In this document: in pieces, positions 19,025 to 28,470 of the stretch
Numbering within the stretch: position 1 is the first letter of the stretch
Layout: each line of letters starts with the position of its first letter
DNA from: Candidatus Daviesbacteria bacterium RIFCSPLOWO2_01_FULL_39_23
GTDB taxonomy: Bacteria > Patescibacteriota > Microgenomatia > Daviesbacterales > UBA10151
Direction of reading: 5' to 3'
NCBI GenBank assembly: GCA_001776935.1
Contig: MFDN01000005.1
Coordinates: 68,893-132,892 of the forward strand
Length of the DNA stretch: 64,000 nt
Made by a program: the position numbers and the translations under genes
The notes under the pieces: model-generated
What the model was told of the DNA's origin: nothing
Databases searched by the model: none
Seen by the model: only the letters and a program-made list of their open reading frames with translations

Positions 19025-20064
19025 AAGTAAACAACCGGCAGACTAAATTACTGGAATTTTTATTAGTAAACTCTCCGTCTTCAAGATCCAAAATCGAAAA
19101 CCTCCTGAAAGATGACAATGTTTCCCGAATAACCATTATTCGAGACTTAAATTATCTTATCAGCGTTGGTTTAATTGAACAGGTTGGGGGCGGTAAGTAT
19201 GTAAAATACCGTCTCAAGCCAGAGAAAGAATTACTTATTCCCATAGATCTAGAAAAATACTTCTCGACAGTAACCGATACTAGAAAAATCAAATATCCTA
19301 CATTTAATTTTAATTTGATTAATCGTTTGATGGGGTTATTTTCCAAAGACGAATTGGAGTTGTTTGAGACTGGAAAGGACAAATTGAAAAATAAATTTTC
19401 TTCCTTGGACAAAACTATATTAAAACGTGAACTGGAAAGGTTTACGATTGAACTTTCATGGAAATCTTCCCAAATAGAAGGCAACACCTATTCTCTCCTC
19501 GAAACTGAGGAGTTAATAAAAAATAAAAAGGAGGCAAAAGGACACGATAAAAGTGAGGCAATAATGATTCTCAATCACAAGGCAGCCTTTGACACGATTT
19601 TAGAAAAGAAAGAGAGCTTTAAAGAAATCTCGGTTGCGGACATTAGGAGGATTCACTCGGAACTGGTAAGAAAATTGAATATAAAATCTGGAATTAGGGA
19701 ATCTGCCGTGGGAATTACCGGAACTAAATATCGACCCCTAGATAATAAATGGCAAATAGAGGAAGCTCTAAATAAATTTGTGGTTCAGACAAAAAAAATC
19801 AAATCAGTACCAGAAAAAGCTTTAATTTTTCTAGCTGTTATTGCTTATTTGCAACCTTTTACTGACGGCAATAAAAGAACCTCCAGAATGATCAGCAATG
19901 CAGTTCTCCTTTCAAACGGCTATTATCCTCTTTCCTATAGGAGCGTAGACGAAGTTGAATATAAAAAGGCTTTAATTCTTTTTTATGAACAAAATAATCT
20001 TTACCATCTAAAAAGAATCTTTTTAGAACAACAACGTTTTGCGATCGAAAACTACTTTCTCTAA
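19012..20064 (+). CDS. Winged-HTH + Fic-domain protein
   Basis: VSRITIIRDL HTH, SSQIEGN, QPFTDGNKRTSR. Confidence 0.9.
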   Translation: MNDTQVNNRQTKLLEFLLVNSPSSRSKIENLLKDDNVSRITIIRDLNYLISVGLIEQVGGGKYVKYRLKPEKELLIPIDLEKYFSTVTDTRKIKYPTFNFNLINRLMGLFSKDELELFETGKDKLKNKFSSLDKTILKRELERFTIELSWKSSQIEGNTYSLLETEELIKNKKEAKGHDKSEAIMILNHKAAFDTILEKKESFKEISVADIRRIHSELVRKLNIKSGIRESAVGITGTKYRPLDNKWQIEEALNKFVVQTKKIKSVPEKALIFLAVIAYLQPFTDGNKRTSRMISNAVLLSNGYYPLSYRSVDEVEYKKALILFYEQNNLYHLKRIFLEQQRFAIENYFL

Positions 20065-20065
20065 A

Positions 20066-20362
20066 CAGAAAGATCAACGACTGGCTCAAAACATTGGAGC
20101 GACATACAAGGAAGCTGACGACCAACTGAAACGCTACTACCTCAATTTGTTCTTTGGAGGTGGTGGTTTCTTTGTTAAGGATGGAAAGATTGTCAAAGCG
20201 AAGCTCTCAAACGACGTAAAACCCCTCATCAAAGATGGGTCAGTTCGAGTAAGAATGAATTGGCTCGAACGATGGTATGTTTTCCGAAGGACAGACTGGG
20301 TAAACTACCTGGAATATCCAGAATTTACAACTAAGGAAGTGACTAGGTTTTTACAAATCTAG
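20066..20362 (+). pseudogene. Chimeric serine-recombinase C-terminal remnant spanning the island left junction
   Basis: ...KRYYLNLFF...VRVRMN-WL-ERWYVFRRTDW...; parallels the integrase end ...RALIRLVF...RPI-WL; TGGCTC in frame at 20261. Confidence 0.65.
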
Positions 20363-21154
20363 CTTGCTAGCCTCTTTGTTTACTCGACCGACTTCGCCAA
20401 GATAGCGTTTTGAAAGATTGTTAAGCTGTTTTGCAATTCCTAGCTTCAGTAACTTATTAGATCTTTCCACAATCGTTAAAAAGAAATCAAATGAGGCAAT
20501 GAGGTCTTCCTCCACCCAGCTTTCACTCCGTCCAATGTCTACGGTATAACCTTTATCATGAGCCTTAACATAATCATTCATTGTTCTGACAGCCGAATGG
20601 GTGATATTGGATTGCAAATAATAAACGGTTTGATAAGCTCCCTCTCTACCAATCTCCTCCGCCATTTGCCTGATTGGTTTATCAGACCATCCCATTCTGC
20701 CATAATTATGCTTTTCCTGAACCAGCTTGGCATATTTTTCTACCTCTTCGATAGTAGTATCCCCAGGTTTGGGGTGAAGTTTCCTCTCCTCAAATAGCTT
20801 TGCGAAGGTAGGCACAGTTTTGGCGTAATCATACATTTTTTTCCTTATTATCGAATCATAATGGAAATATCTTAAAACTCTTTTGTTAGTAGGATCTTTC
20901 AGGATATAAAGGAGCGTAATTGAAAGATCAAAAAGAGAGCGGGTTAGTATTGCAGCGTCCTCACCATACCCCTGCGCACAAAGAAATAAAATAGCGCCAT
21001 GAGTTTTATAAGCCTTACCAAACATAAAGGTGCTAAGAGCAACTTTTGGAGTAATTTTGTGAAACTCCTTGTTCATAACACTATCAACTATCTTCCGAAG
21101 CTCTTCGTTAAAATCAAAGAGGTCTTTGTGTTTCTGATAGATTATATTTGGCAT
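20351..21154 (-). CDS. DUF5677-like protein (start MPNIIY)
   Basis: G.GEDA.IL.RSLF, W...I.QMA, Y..QS...HS pattern. Confidence 0.7.
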   Translation of the reverse strand: MPNIIYQKHKDLFDFNEELRKIVDSVMNKEFHKITPKVALSTFMFGKAYKTHGAILFLCAQGYGEDAAILTRSLFDLSITLLYILKDPTNKRVLRYFHYDSIIRKKMYDYAKTVPTFAKLFEERKLHPKPGDTTIEEVEKYAKLVQEKHNYGRMGWSDKPIRQMAEEIGREGAYQTVYYLQSNITHSAVRTMNDYVKAHDKGYTVDIGRSESWVEEDLIASFDFFLTIVERSNKLLKLGIAKQLNNLSKRYLGEVGRVNKEASKLDL

Positions 21155-21158
21155 AGAT

Positions 21159-21833
21159 TTACCTTTCATCGAGGGCATAAGGACGAGTAATGGCACTAGG
21201 GGGAACTTGCCCACCACCTGATTGCGAAGAAGAAGTTGATGCACAGGTGTTTGTTGAAATAGGTTTTGGATAACCGCTTGCACCACTTGATCGTGTCGTG
21301 GAGGTTACAACCCTAATTGGAAGCTGATCGATCAAATCCTTATACCGAGAGTTTTTATTACCAATAGAATTTTCAGCTTGATTTACCCTTTGGGTATATT
21401 TATCGTCCTCTAATTCCTGCTTAAACTTGTCCAAAGATTCCAAAAAGTCATTAACTAGGGTTTCTGCATCTAGAACTGCCCCTTCGACTTCTTTATAGAC
21501 AGCTGGTTTCCCTCCATCTCTGCTTATACCACCCCTTGCGAAATATTCGTGTGCCAACCCATTTCTAAAAATATCCCTAAGAATTTCTACGGGGTAATCG
21601 CTTGGGTTGGTAAAACACTTGGAAATATACTCCTGGACACTTTGGGCGAAACTGGTGTAACGACCCAGAAGGAAGCTGCCCAAATATTCCATGTAGGCTA
21701 AAACACAAAGGGCTAAGGGGAAGTTAATATTCCCAATCGCAGCGGGCTGCGGTCTTATTCTGTCCCGCATATTTTCTAAGTCTTTTTTAATGTAACCAAA
21801 GACTACTGTGCCTAAGAATGTCTGCCTATCCAT
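21159..21833 (-). CDS. HEPN-like protein
   Basis: Helical protein with RNGLAH (RxxxxH) and an upstream Glu (MEYLG). Confidence 0.6.
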   Translation of the reverse strand: MDRQTFLGTVVFGYIKKDLENMRDRIRPQPAAIGNINFPLALCVLAYMEYLGSFLLGRYTSFAQSVQEYISKCFTNPSDYPVEILRDIFRNGLAHEYFARGGISRDGGKPAVYKEVEGAVLDAETLVNDFLESLDKFKQELEDDKYTQRVNQAENSIGNKNSRYKDLIDQLPIRVVTSTTRSSGASGYPKPISTNTCASTSSSQSGGGQVPPSAITRPYALDER

Positions 21834-21835
21834 AT

Positions 21836-23629
21836 TTACTTTCCTTTTATCGAATTAAAGAACTTGCTGACCTCATCTGGTAATCTGCTTAAGTCAATAG
21901 ACTTTATTACTTCAAATTGAAAACCCTTATATGTTAGGTTTTTAACCTTACTCGACTCCGCTGATAGACGGTCATATAGTTTTTTGGTCATTACTTTTCC
22001 GTCAATTTCCATCAATTTAGTTGAGCTGTCCTTTTCTATCGCTTCAAGATGGTTTGTTACATCTTGTGCCTTGTATTGTCTTTCGTCTGAACTGGCGGCG
22101 TCTGCTATCGCTTCAATATCAAAAAGAAAAACATTCTCGAGCGTCTTGTATGGAGTTACTAAAACATTATTGCCAATCTGCCCCAGAACACCTTCGTCAT
22201 CTTTGTCAATTAAGGCTAAGATGTTCAGGGTAGAAGGTTGTTGGGTGAGAGTGCCGATAAATGTCCTAAAAGCATCACTTGTCTGGATTACTCCTGGTTT
22301 ACTCCCAGAACCAGGTTTATTGTCTGTTCCTGCAGGTATGAATACAACACAATTTTTTAGAGGATCTATCAACCTCTGGTAGACCTTAAAGTCCTCTAGA
22401 TGGTCTTTGGCATTTGGGATACCCTCAACATAAACAATCTTAGGGGCAAGAAAGGCTAAATCGAATCTTTTACCAAGAGAGTTGAGAAGCTCAACTCTAG
22501 TGGTCAAATTGTCAACCTTTTCAATAGACTTAGAGTCACTAGTAATCTGATAAACATTCTCGGTGTTAGCGGAAATAAAGTCTGAGGAATGAGTAGAGAC
22601 AAGACAGCTAAAATCCTTCGCTTTAAGAAAAACACCGTTCATAAATTCTGCTAATCTAGTAACATACTCTGGATGAAGGTGAATGTCTGGTTCGTCGATA
22701 AGCACTATCGGTTTGAACGCTTGGCGTTCCCATTGAATTAACATTGCAGCCAAACCGATTACCTGCCGTTCGCCTGAGCTGGCAAACTGGATTGGATAGC
22801 TTCTGTTTATTTTTTTATTAGTCATTCGGAATTTCATTTCCCCTTTCTCAGCTTGAATTTTGTCGAATGAAAGCTCTAGGGGATAAATGATCTCATTGAT
22901 TCTTGAAAGGGTATCTTCTAATTCGGGAAAGGCTACCTTTTGTTGAGAAAAGACTCTCCAAACTGCCATCATTGCTAATCGATTGAGTAGACTACCTAAT
23001 TGAATATTGCTTCTAGTGGTTCTTTGTCTTATGTCAAAATCTCCAGTAACAACCTCTGTCATTTCAACATCACGAGGCGCAGCTCCTAAAAAGGAAGTGC
23101 CTCCCTCGCCAATGTCTTGGAGGGGTTTAACAAACACGCCTAATACTTTATGCCTACCAAGTTCGGATAACCAAGAAGGAATGTCGTTTTGAGAACTGGC
23201 ACCTATGAACTTACGAGTTGATGGTTGCTGAGGAGAAAAGTCAGAAGGTATTGACAGTTCAACAGTAAAAAAATACCTTCCATTTTTCTTCTGAAGGTCG
23301 TTTTGTATCGTTTGCAAAACTGTTTCCCTTGAAGTAAAAGCATTAGGACTTTTTTCAACCAGTATTTCCGCTAGATGTCCAAGGTCGTCATCGCTTAACG
23401 AAACAGAGGCTCGCCACACCGCCTCTGCCCCCGTAATACCACTAACAACTGTCGTATCAATTTGATTTATGTCTACACTATTCAAAAGGAAATTAGCCAC
23501 TTCAAGTATTGTTGACTTGCCTGTCCCGTTCTGACCAGCAAGAACAATAAATCCAGTAAGTTCAGACGCCTTAACTTCAAAGTTCTCAAAACCTCTAAAA
23601 CCAGTAATTTTTATTTCTTCCACTCTCAT
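21836..23629 (-). CDS. ABC/AAA ATPase with TOPRIM-like C-domain (OLD/AAA_21-like)
   Basis: GFRGF, GQNGTGKS, SSGE, IDEPDIHLHP, STHS, then YVEG...D and IDKD. Confidence 0.85.
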   Translation of the reverse strand: MRVEEIKITGFRGFENFEVKASELTGFIVLAGQNGTGKSTILEVANFLLNSVDINQIDTTVVSGITGAEAVWRASVSLSDDDLGHLAEILVEKSPNAFTSRETVLQTIQNDLQKKNGRYFFTVELSIPSDFSPQQPSTRKFIGASSQNDIPSWLSELGRHKVLGVFVKPLQDIGEGGTSFLGAAPRDVEMTEVVTGDFDIRQRTTRSNIQLGSLLNRLAMMAVWRVFSQQKVAFPELEDTLSRINEIIYPLELSFDKIQAEKGEMKFRMTNKKINRSYPIQFASSGERQVIGLAAMLIQWERQAFKPIVLIDEPDIHLHPEYVTRLAEFMNGVFLKAKDFSCLVSTHSSDFISANTENVYQITSDSKSIEKVDNLTTRVELLNSLGKRFDLAFLAPKIVYVEGIPNAKDHLEDFKVYQRLIDPLKNCVVFIPAGTDNKPGSGSKPGVIQTSDAFRTFIGTLTQQPSTLNILALIDKDDEGVLGQIGNNVLVTPYKTLENVFLFDIEAIADAASSDERQYKAQDVTNHLEAIEKDSSTKLMEIDGKVMTKKLYDRLSAESSKVKNLTYKGFQFEVIKSIDLSRLPDEVSKFFNSIKGK

Positions 23630-24135
23630 ATTAAAAGCTCTCCAATTCGTTTTAATATTTTTCCTTCTGGGGGATAAGCAGAATAAGATGCTTTATCTAT
23701 CTCGAAAGTCTGCCCGTTTTGCTTTAAGACTAGGCGGGGCGTATCGCTGCGATTGTTGTTCCAAACATAACTGTTGCCAGTAAATAAATGATAATCAGCC
23801 CCGATGAAATCCTCTGGAGACAAACTTTCTAGGGGAATTTCACCGCCAGAATGAACCCGCACAATTCGCCCGACTCCAAGATTACCTGAAAATCCCATGA
23901 CTTTTTCCCATACCCCGTTTGGATAGGGAGGCGTATAGGCAACATGCTGGAGTTCAATACTGTTGAGAGAAAAAGACTCGTCACCAATGTTCTTAAAATC
24001 AACCCATTCGCCAGCTAGTTGAGAGAAAGGGACATAATTACCAAGGCGATCTCTGCCAGATGGGTTTGGTTTTACTTGGGTAACATTAAGCCGTTTCATA
24101 GTAATTTTAATCCTTTGTAATGTAGGACTTGACAT
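23626..24135 (-). CDS. Stand-alone lamin-tail-domain protein (start possibly 24099)
   Basis: PNPSG.D, EWVDFKN.G, VRVHSG, VWNN..D...L motifs; ATGA overlap with the ATPase gene. Confidence 0.75.
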   Translation of the reverse strand: MSSPTLQRIKITMKRLNVTQVKPNPSGRDRLGNYVPFSQLAGEWVDFKNIGDESFSLNSIELQHVAYTPPYPNGVWEKVMGFSGNLGVGRIVRVHSGGEIPLESLSPEDFIGADYHLFTGNSYVWNNNRSDTPRLVLKQNGQTFEIDKASYSAYPPEGKILKRIGELLI

Positions 24136-24166
24136 TACTGTAAAATTATCATAAAGTTATCATACT

Positions 24167-24766
24167 ATGCCAGTAAAAGTCAAGCCCATTACAGGTAGAC
24201 AAAAAGAGGCGCTCGATTTTATCAATTCCTTTATCCAAGATAATGGATACGCTCCCTCTCTTCGTGAGTTAGCAGCCTTTCTGAAAACCGACAACATTAG
24301 CACGGCTCATTACTTTGTAAAAGAACTTGAAAAGAAGGGTTACCTCAAACGAGATTACTATAAAAACAGAGGGATCACTCCTATTCTTCAAAAACAAACA
24401 GTTCCACTCTTGGGTTATATTGCCGCTGGTGCGCCAATAGAACCAATTGAAGACTCGGAGCCAATACAAGTGCCAACTAACATTAAATTGGCTACAAATC
24501 AGTCTTATTACGCTCTCAAAGTCAAGGGTGATAGCATGATAGATATGGGAATTCTGGACAAAGATATTGTCCTTATTAAGCATCAAATGACAGCAGATGT
24601 CGGCGATGTGGTTGTGGGAATTACAGAAGACGGAGCAACTCTAAAAATTCTAGGAAGAAAAAATGGAAAAACTATCCTTGAACCACGCAACATAAATTAT
24701 AAATCAATAATTCCTAGACAACTTGAGGTTCGAGGAGTTTTTGTAGGTTTAATAAGGGCTGAATAA
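24167..24766 (+). CDS. lexA: LexA-family repressor
   Basis: RQ..LDFI, PS.RE, IAAG cleavage site, GDSM, TLK. Confidence 0.9.
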   Translation: MPVKVKPITGRQKEALDFINSFIQDNGYAPSLRELAAFLKTDNISTAHYFVKELEKKGYLKRDYYKNRGITPILQKQTVPLLGYIAAGAPIEPIEDSEPIQVPTNIKLATNQSYYALKVKGDSMIDMGILDKDIVLIKHQMTADVGDVVVGITEDGATLKILGRKNGKTILEPRNINYKSIIPRQLEVRGVFVGLIRAE

Positions 24767-24802
24767 TAAATTCAAAAATTATAGAATAAGGATAAGATTA
24801 AT

Positions 24803-25588
24803 ATGAATTCAATTAATGACTATCTCAATAAAATAATTTGCGGTGACTGCATTGAAGTCATGCAGAAGATGCCCAATAAAAGCATCGATCTAGCTGTTAC
24901 ATCTCCTCCTTACAATCTTAAAAATTCTACTGGTAATGGTATGAAAGACGGTAGAGGTGGTAAGTGGGCAAACGCAGCTCTCCAGAATGGTTATAGCCAT
25001 CATGATGACTGTATGCCTCACGAAAAATATGTGGCTTGGCAAAGAAAGTGCTTAGAAGAAATGATGAGATTGTTAAAAGACGATGGAGCAATTTTTTACA
25101 ATCACAAATGGCGTGTCCAAAACGGACTGCTTCAAGATAGACAAGACATTGTTTCGGGCTTTCCTGTACGACAAATAATAATTTGGCATCGCAACGGAGG
25201 TATTAATTTTAATAAAGGTTATTTTTTACCCACCTATGAGGTGATTTATCTAATTGCAAAAAAGAACTTCAAGCTAGCACCAAAGGCAAACGCCCTCGGA
25301 GATGTGTGGGACATGGGACAAGACTTAAACAACCCTCACCCCGCACCATTCCCTGTTGAATTGATTGAAAGGATTATCGGATCAACGACTGCCGAAATTG
25401 TTCTAGACCCATTCATGGGTTCAGGTACAACAGCAGTTGCTGCAAAAAATCTCGGCAGAAAGTATATCGGAATTGATGTCTCTCCTGAATATTGCCAGAT
25501 GGCTGAAGAAAGGATCAAAAAGGGACATTTCAATGGCAAGAAACAACAGGATCTTCTTTCTTTGTTTCCCCAAGACTGTTCCGTGTGA
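24803..25588 (+). CDS. N4-C/N6-A DNA methyltransferase (beta class)
   Basis: TSPPY before LDPFMGSGTT; HPAPFP. Confidence 0.93.
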   Translation: MNSINDYLNKIICGDCIEVMQKMPNKSIDLAVTSPPYNLKNSTGNGMKDGRGGKWANAALQNGYSHHDDCMPHEKYVAWQRKCLEEMMRLLKDDGAIFYNHKWRVQNGLLQDRQDIVSGFPVRQIIIWHRNGGINFNKGYFLPTYEVIYLIAKKNFKLAPKANALGDVWDMGQDLNNPHPAPFPVELIERIIGSTTAEIVLDPFMGSGTTAVAAKNLGRKYIGIDVSPEYCQMAEERIKKGHFNGKKQQDLLSLFPQDCSV

Positions 25589-25606
25589 GATAATTAGCTT
25601 AAAGAT

Positions 25607-26398
25607 ATGCAATTATATACAAAAGACGAACTAATTAAGAAACTGAAACAACTTGCCGAAATGGGTTGGATACCAAATGGGAGATTTGGCAACCACGGAG
25701 GAATCGGCAACACTCTTGAGGATTTTTTGGGTATTACAGAAAATAATTTACCAATACCTAATGCTGCCGAGTGGGAGCTAAAAACACAACGGGCAAACAC
25801 ATCGTCGCTAACAACTCTTTTTCATATCGAGCCATCACCAAGAGCCGTAGGTTTTGTTCCAAAAGTATTGTTGCCACTCTATGGGTGGTCGCACCAAGAG
25901 GCAGGAAAACTTTACAAAGATGGCGAAATGAGTTTCAGGCAGACAATCCACGGACTATCCCACAGCGACAGGGGTTTTATCGTTAAAATCGATCGAGCTG
26001 CCAAAAAAGTGCTTATTTCCTTTGATGCAACCAAAGTAGCAGAAAGACATTCTGAATGGCTTCGGGGTGTTGAACAAAAAATGGGGTTAGGGGAACTCAA
26101 TCCACAACCTTACTGGGGATTCGACGATCTAAAACATAAAGCAGGAACTAAACTTCTTAATTGTTTCTATGTGCAAGCGGAAGTAAAAAAGGAAGGTGAA
26201 AAAGAGTTTTACTGGTATAAAAAGGCGCAAATGCTACAAAAGTTCAAATTTGATGGATTACTGGAGGCACTTGAGAAAGGCGCTCTCCTAGTGGATTTTG
26301 ATGCAAGGACAGGTCACAACCATGGCACAAAATTCAGGCTTAGACAAAATCACCTACCTATGCTCTACGAAAAAGTGACCACCGTTGTGAATTCTTAA
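25607..26398 (+). CDS. MvaI/BcnI-family restriction endonuclease
   Basis: GIGNTLEDFLGITENN, ELK, TLFH.EP, HNHGTKFR. Confidence 0.85.
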   Translation: MQLYTKDELIKKLKQLAEMGWIPNGRFGNHGGIGNTLEDFLGITENNLPIPNAAEWELKTQRANTSSLTTLFHIEPSPRAVGFVPKVLLPLYGWSHQEAGKLYKDGEMSFRQTIHGLSHSDRGFIVKIDRAAKKVLISFDATKVAERHSEWLRGVEQKMGLGELNPQPYWGFDDLKHKAGTKLLNCFYVQAEVKKEGEKEFYWYKKAQMLQKFKFDGLLEALEKGALLVDFDARTGHNHGTKFRLRQNHLPMLYEKVTTVVNS

Positions 26399-26539
26399 CT
26401 CCCTTAAACAGTTTCCCCCATTTCTAACCGCCTGTGTTGACTTGTGTGGGGCTTTCGTGCCTGGGATGGCATAGTTTCACCTCTGTTTGACTTCAGACCC
26501 CTTGTTTGGCATAGTTGCTGGTTACATAAGGTGATAACT

Positions 26540-26824
26540 ATGAATATGAACCAAAATAGACAGTGTCAGCATAATTTAAGGGCAAAAGCCTTTGGCGAAG
26601 CATTAAAAGAAGGCATCAGGGAAGATGTGATGATGCGGTCTTGTTTTCAGTCAGATTTTTCATTAGACAAACATGAGCGTAAATCCAGGCAAAAAATAGA
26701 AAAACTTCTAAACGGAGATCGCAAGAAGGAAATATCAGAGTGGAAGAAAAACAGTAAGACAAGAGCCGAAGCATCCAGACAAGCATTTATAAGAGGGCTG
26801 AAATCGGGAGACAAAACAGAGTAA
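26540..26824 (+). CDS. Hypothetical basic protein
   Basis: ATG after an AAGGTG RBS-like sequence. Confidence 0.45.
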   Translation: MNMNQNRQCQHNLRAKAFGEALKEGIREDVMMRSCFQSDFSLDKHERKSRQKIEKLLNGDRKKEISEWKKNSKTRAEASRQAFIRGLKSGDKTE

Positions 26825-26825
26825 T

Positions 26826-26978
26826 TTAGTAGCTACAATCTCTAATTAGCGCCCAGTCTACAGTTTGACCACCCTGAGATCTGTTGATCACGCAGCGCAT
26901 AGTTCCCTTAAACCACAGATACTCCAGTGCTAGGAAAAACATAAAGAACAACAGTCCAACTATGAGCATCTTTTTCAT
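26826..26978 (-). CDS. Small membrane/secreted protein (50 aa, not in ORF track)
   Basis: MKKMLIVGLLFFMFFLALEYLWF...C...CSY*. Confidence 0.5.
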   Translation of the reverse strand: MKKMLIVGLLFFMFFLALEYLWFKGTMRCVINRSQGGQTVDWALIRDCSY

Positions 26979-27008
26979 AGGTATTTTTACACTACGACAA
27001 TTGCTGTC

Positions 27009-27740
27009 CTAATTTTCAAACAGCGGCACGGTATTCCAATACTGAATCTGTTTGTTGCCATCAACGGTAATGCGGATGGTCGGATAAGAGTAAGGTCTAC
27101 CCTCTAAGCCTTCGGGCAATTTATAACCCTTGTCTTCCCAGAACCACTGATGTAATTCGCCGCCGTATTTTCCAGAATAAATAAACTGTTCTTTGATTTG
27201 ATCAAAGTTCTTTACTCCTCTGACAAGGTAGCCAAAGGCAACGGCTTCAGCTTCCGTCTTGGTAATCTTCGGCATAGTATTTGAACTTGTGTCTGAGCAA
27301 ATAACACCGTTGCTCTTGTAGCCCTCGATTTCACTGGGTTTGAGTCCCGCTATGACAACTGCCACTAAGGAATGGTTTCTGGAATCAACATGATACTCAT
27401 AAACCGAGCATTGTCCATTAAGTAGTTCCTTTTGGTGGTAAATATCTACTTGGCGTGTCCAACCCTCAACTGCCTCCATATTTTCTCCACCCTCCATCTG
27501 GGTGACTTTGCCAACCCTGAAATATACGGGGAAAGGCACATCCGATTTAACAAAGGCTAACTCCAAAGCAGGTTCTGCCATGAAACTGCGAATGGCTGTC
27601 TCATCTTGAGCGGTATTATCAACTTCTTGTTTGGGTAGTAAAGCAGGAACATAGTTGTTTTTCTTTAACCAGACAAAACCAGTCCCCAAGCCAACCAAGA
27701 TAAGTAAGGTAACGATTATTTTTGTCTTCATATTTTTCAC
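27009..27740 (-). CDS. Membrane-anchored exported protein
   Basis: N-terminal TM, paired Cys. Confidence 0.75.
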   Translation of the reverse strand: MKNMKTKIIVTLLILVGLGTGFVWLKKNNYVPALLPKQEVDNTAQDETAIRSFMAEPALELAFVKSDVPFPVYFRVGKVTQMEGGENMEAVEGWTRQVDIYHQKELLNGQCSVYEYHVDSRNHSLVAVVIAGLKPSEIEGYKSNGVICSDTSSNTMPKITKTEAEAVAFGYLVRGVKNFDQIKEQFIYSGKYGGELHQWFWEDKGYKLPEGLEGRPYSYPTIRITVDGNKQIQYWNTVPLFEN

Positions 27741-27745
27741 CCCCT

Positions 27746-28414
27746 TTACGGATAGGGCGGATAATCAGTCCAGCCCTCTTCTCCTTGAATAAAATAACGA
27801 CTATCGGTGGTATTACAAACCCTGGGATGCCCAGTGCGCCTAGAAGCCTCCTCGCTGGTGACTTGACCACCATCATGCCCGATAGCTTTAAGGCAGTCAT
27901 CATAGTTATTTACCCAGCTATACTTTGCCTGCATTTGCTCTTTCCAGGTTGGAGCAACATCTCCTCCAGGTAAAAGTGCTGGTGTAAAGGGGTTATATTC
28001 CTCACAACCATGATCACAATCCCTGACGCTGGGTATGCCTTCGTTTAGAAGAATTCTGGCTATCTCCCAAGCGCTCATTGACTGGGAAATATCGTAGGCA
28101 GTCTCGGTATCAATGGTGTTATTGCCAACTTTAATCGCTCCAACCTTACCAGGCGTATTGTCCTTGGTGTGTTCAAGAGCGTATTTAAGAGCTTCTTCGT
28201 CTTTGACGAATCCATAATAAGCAAGATTGCCAGTAACCGCTATAAGGGTATTTTGTTTGTCAACTCGGAACTTAACCACAGGAGCAACTTTGCGAGGCGC
28301 TGCAAATTTATTCTGGGACGACTGATACCAATAGAAACCGCCAACAACAAACAGGAGAACAACAAGCAGGAAAGGAATAGTAATCCTAATCTTATTTTTC
28401 ATCTTTATTGTCAT
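27746..28414 (-). CDS. Exported protein with MltG/YceG N-terminal-like domain
   Basis: TM, NL...GFVKD, ISQSMSAWEIA.IL. Confidence 0.6.
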   Translation of the reverse strand: MTIKMKNKIRITIPFLLVVLLFVVGGFYWYQSSQNKFAAPRKVAPVVKFRVDKQNTLIAVTGNLAYYGFVKDEEALKYALEHTKDNTPGKVGAIKVGNNTIDTETAYDISQSMSAWEIARILLNEGIPSVRDCDHGCEEYNPFTPALLPGGDVAPTWKEQMQAKYSWVNNYDDCLKAIGHDGGQVTSEEASRRTGHPRVCNTTDSRYFIQGEEGWTDYPPYP

Positions 28415-28470
28415 ATTTTGATATAGTTCGGTATGTTAACTTGCTGTCGAGGAGATTGTCAAATCAAACA

